Assembly (NCBI RefSeq): GCF_006345805.1
Contig: NW_021837024.1
Span: 1-36,200, forward strand
Origin: Octopus sinensis
Taxonomy: Eukaryota
Reading direction: 5' to 3'
Length of the DNA stretch: 36,200 nt
Positions 32,053-36,200 of the stretch are shown here, one piece after another. Position numbers and translations under genes: made by a program. Each line of letters opens with the position of its first letter. Position 1 is the first letter of the stretch. The notes below the pieces were generated by a model, which searched no databases, had not been told where the DNA came from, and saw only the letters and a program-made list of their open reading frames with translations.

Positions 32053-32959
32053 TAATGCAAGTAACAAGCTATTTACCTGGCCGACCCTTCTCTACATTAA
32101 AGTAACCAGTGTTCCTTCCCTTCCTTGTCATTCTAACCCTTTTCTTCTTTCTCCGCCTCAAAATCTATTCTTTCCCAAATATACTTCCTTTGAACATTTC
32201 TATCCCACACAGGCGTAACAACTCCCTCCTATTTCCTGTCATTTGCTACTGTGTTCATGTACTTATGGCTAAATAGGATGGTGAGAAAAAGCTTCTTGCT
32301 TCTTGAAGAAGGGATTTTGTCCGAAACGGCAGAGATTCTATTATCAGTCAATAAACTGGATATAAACACATATCTACATTTTTGTGTATGTGTGTGTGTG
32401 CTGTTTGTGCGTGTTTGTGCGTATGACTCTCTCTCTCTCTCTCTCTCGTGCATCAATGTGTGTGTGCGTGTGTGTATATATACCAACGTGTGTATGTCTT
32501 TGTATCCCACTACTACCACTATAACAGCTTGACAACCGGTGTTGGTTTGCTTATGTCATCGTAGCTTAATAGTTCGTGAAAAGAAACTCATAGAATACAT
32601 ACTGCGGTCGATCTAGGTGGTGTCCCCAAAAGGATCCAGGACAGTAAATTAGTAAAATTTTTTAGGACGCCGGCCGAGATGTCTTGTGGTATTCGCTTTG
32701 GCTCCTGGAGTCTAAATTCTTGTTAAGTAGACTTAGGTCCGTTAATTGGTTTGAAACAACTGCCTGATACTTCGAGTGTCTTTAGCAGACCCTGTGACAA
32801 GCATTCAGACCAGGTGTCTCGTTTGAGGATATCTTCTTTTATATATTTTTGTCTTGGAGCCCCTGAAAAATAAAGGGTTGTTGCTGCTACTCATCCATCC
32901 CTAAATTTGTAGCAAGACTATAAAAAAATGGGTGAAGCAGTTAGATACTAAAAAATCGG

Positions 32960-33500
32960 TTTCAAATTTTAGAAGAAGGCCAACAAGTTAAGGGGAGGGA
33001 TTAAGTCGATTACATCGATCCCGAAAAGATGAAAGGCAAAGTCGACCATAATACTATTCTATATTTTGAGATGAGGAATTATGTACATTGTTTATGATGG
33101 ACAGATAGGTGATTATTTACAATGGCCGGATGAGGACACCTATCCGTCGATTGTAAATAAAGTCCACTATGGTAGAATTTGGGCTTAGTATGTATAGACG
33201 GACGAAATGCTACGAAGCATTTTTTACCGGCGTGTAACGATTCTGTCGGTTGAGCAAATACTGAAATATTCGTTTCTACTCTAGGCACAAGGCCTGAAAG
33301 TTTGGGGAAAGGGGGCCAGTCGAGTAGTTCGATCCCAGTACGCAACTGCTACTTAATTTATCGACCCCGAAAGGATGAAAAAGGCAAAGTCGACCTCGGC
33401 GGAATTTGAACTCAGAACGTAAAGCAAATACTGAAATATTGATTTTAAGTTCTAGCACAAGGCCAGCAATTTCGAGGGGTGGGGTTATATCGATTACATC
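32960..33500. mobile_element. Cluster of SINE B fragments, both strands
   Basis: 'gaaaggcaaagtcgac' at ~33030 and ~33385; plus-strand head remnant ~33195-33250 is itself inverted. Confidence 0.65.
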
Positions 33501-33784
33501 CACACACACCCACCCCCCTGTGCTCATTAATAATTCCAAAAAAGAATTATTGATATTTAAATTTAATTTATTTGGACAAATGGATGTATTATTGTACACT
33601 GATCCAACAAATTAGTCACCTAAATCTTTTTCCTCATTTTTTTCTTGTATTTTTTTAAAATTTATTATTTAATTTTAACTCTGCTTCTTTAATCACTTAA
33701 TTAAGTTCCCTCCTATGTAAACCTTACAAAAATTATTGTCCCACAAACCAAGAACCACTACACTTTGATGCCATCTTTTATCTT

Positions 33785-33989
33785 CTACTTCTTTCAGTCA
33801 TTAGACTGCGGCCATGCTGGGGCACCGCCTTGAAGAATTTTTTTTTTTCTTTTTTGTCGAACGAGTTGATTCCAGCACTTTTTGTTAAAAGCTTATTACT
33901 TATTCCATCGGTCCATTTTGCGGAATTGCTGAGTTATGGGGCGTAATCGAACCATCACCGGTTGTCAAGCGTCGTAATGGAGGACTAAC

Positions 33990-34024
<35 letters not shown>

Positions 34025-34192
34025 TGCTTACATAACGGGCTTCCTTCAGTTGCCGTCTCCCAAATCCACGCACAAGGATTTGGTCGGCCCAAGGCTATAG
34101 CATAAGACATTTTCCCAAGGTGCCGCGCAGTGAGATTGAACCCGGAACTATGTGGTTAGGAAGCAAACTTCTTACCACACAGCCACGCCTAC
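33785..34192 (-). mobile_element. SINE A, full length, older copy
   Basis: 'ctttcagtcattagactgcggccatgctggggcacc' to 'cttaccacacagccacgcct'. Confidence 0.88.
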
Positions 34193-34254
34193 GATGTTTA
34201 CGACGGAGGATGAATCAGATTACGAATTTCCGATTTCCACAGTAAAAACCATCG

Positions 34255-34400
34255 CATCCTAATCTCGACCATTGCGTATCTGAGACTACATTAACGAATA
34301 TGTTCCTCTTTTCTTCTTAATACGGTTCGGTACGATTTGAGATGAATATCACTACTATTTCTAGTAAATCTTGTTACTTCGTAGAGGTGCGTGTGTCGAA
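34255..34400 (-). mobile_element. Family D repeat, degenerate
   Basis: 'gatttgagatgaatatcactactatttctagt...cgtagaggt'. Confidence 0.5.
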
Positions 34401-34809
34401 TACGTGCATATTTGGATGTGTTCCTTTAATCTGACATCTCCTGATAACTTATCAATAAACTAAACAAACATATGGCCTTTTTCCGCCCAATTATATCTCC
34501 TTCGTTTGTTGTTTTTAATTCTTATTATTTCTGTTTTCTTAAATATTATATATATTTCTTCTTCGTATTTAGTTAATGATTAATGTCTTTCCCACGATTA
34601 AACACCCACCCTCTTATCGGTCCACCTACCTACCAACTTACGTACGTACATACATACATACATACATACATACATACATACATACATACATTTCTGTATT
34701 TTACTTATATACTCAAGCTATATGTAATTTCTATTTCACGTGCCGTTGAACAAAAATATTGACCTTTGAGTCACTTATATACCCTATAATACACAGTCTA
34801 TGTGTGTGT

Positions 34810-34863
<54 letters not shown>

Positions 34864-34913
34864 ATACATGCATATGCATTTGCGCTTAGATAAACGGACA
34901 GACAGACAGATAA

Positions 34914-35183
34914 GCTAGCAGAAACGTTAGCACGCCGGGCGAAATGCGTAGCCGTATTTCGTCTGCCGTTACGTTCTGAGTTCAAATTCCGCCGAGGTCG
35001 ACTTTGCCTTTCATCCTTTCGGGGTCGATTAAATAAGTACCAATTACGCACTCGAGTCGATATAATCGACTTAATCCGTTTGTCTGTCCTTGTTTGTCCC
35101 TTCTGTGTTTAGCCCCTTGTGGGTAGTAAAGAAATAGGTATTTCGTCTGCCGCTACGTTCTGAGTTCAAATTCCACCGAGGTT
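34914..35183 (+). mobile_element. SINE B with start of a second 184-bp unit
   Basis: GTATTTCGTCTGCCG at 34954 and 35138. Confidence 0.92.
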
Positions 35184-35186
35184 CAC

Positions 35187-35600
35187 TTTCTTTATTACCC
35201 ACAAGGGGCCAAACACAGACAGGATAAACAAGGACAGACAAACGGAATAAGTCGATCATATCGACCTCAGTGCGTAACTGGTACTTATTTAATCGACCCC
35301 GAAAGGATGAAAGGCAAAGTCGACCTCAGCGGAATTTGAACTCAGAACATAAAGACAGACGAAATACCTATTTCTTTACTACCCACAAGGGGCTAAACAC
35401 AGAGGGGACAAACAAGGACAGACAAACGGATTAAGTCGATTATATCGACCCCAGTGCGTAACTGGTACTTATTTAATTGACCATGAAAGGATGAAAGGCA
35501 AAGTCGACCTCGGCGGAATTTGAACTCACAACTTAGCGGCAGACGAAATACCGCAAAGCATTTCGCCCCGGCGTGCTAACGTTTCTGCCAGCTCGCTGCC
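35187..35600 (-). mobile_element. SINE B dimer (184-bp period)
   Basis: ATGAAAGGCAAAGTCGAC at 35307 and 35491; head 'ctgccagctcgctgcct' ends at ~35601. Confidence 0.92.
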
Positions 35601-36163
35601 TCAATATTTTCATATATCTAGTATAAAATGTGAGGGAGAAGTCTTTTGTTAATGCAGATTTAATCCTAATGAATAACTAGTGCTCTTTTTTTTTTTTTTT
35701 TTTTGTTAATATTCAACCATCTTTTAGGGTATGACAAATCCATTGCATAGCGATTAGGTGGTTGATATTTGGAAATTCTTCAATAAATATCGATGGAAGT
35801 CTCTGCAAGAATTCTTCAATTCGATGTTTTTGTTATAAATTGCAGAAGACTATCATAGGATGTTATACGTCTACGGGAGACAAAGATTTCATCGAGCTAT
35901 CAATGTGAAGATGGTATATTGTATAAATGACCCAGTCGATTTTATAATTATATGATTATCTCTCAAACTTCATATACATGTGTGTGTGTGGGGGGTGGGG
36001 GTTCTCGGACGCAGGTTGTGTGCCGTTAACTAGCTGGAAAAGGTGTTTTCCTGGGGTTAAAATGTAGTAACATAATTCTTTATAGAACAACCACGTTATA
36101 GTGGTAAAAAACATTAACATTACCCCTATATATATTATATTATATCCTATAATATATAATATA

Positions 36164-36200
<37 letters not shown>

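Overview
Repeat-saturated, AT-rich eukaryotic DNA with no recognisable intact host gene. The SINE families and microsatellite density look like an octopod cephalopod (Octopus); this is recognition from memory, not a database result. Most ORFs in the supplied track are translations of microsatellites. Contents: (1) many copies of four tRNA-headed SINE families (working names A, B, C, E) and a promoter-less (AAC)n-tailed repeat (D); (2) decayed coding relics: a Tx1/L1-clade LINE ORF2 (4690-6109, -), a nearly full-length mariner transposase split by a SINE concatemer (13484-15056, -), a mariner 3' fragment, and an uninterrupted RTE-clade ORF C-terminus (16716-16955, -); (3) non-autonomous DNA elements: a Helitron, two hAT MITEs and several Tc1/mariner MITEs; (4) two ~100-bp-arm fold-back palindromes. 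The most interesting unexplained signals are four sequence-unrelated TIR elements that each carry a telomere-like (TTAGGG/CCCTAA) core (three with 8-9 bp flanking direct repeats, mostly GG...CC ends, Merlin-like), a minimal hammerhead ribozyme motif in a Penelope-like terminal repeat (20842-20876), a recurring HDV-ribozyme-like fold at the head of family D, and a SINE that forms exact 184-bp concatemers joined at a self-complementary junction.
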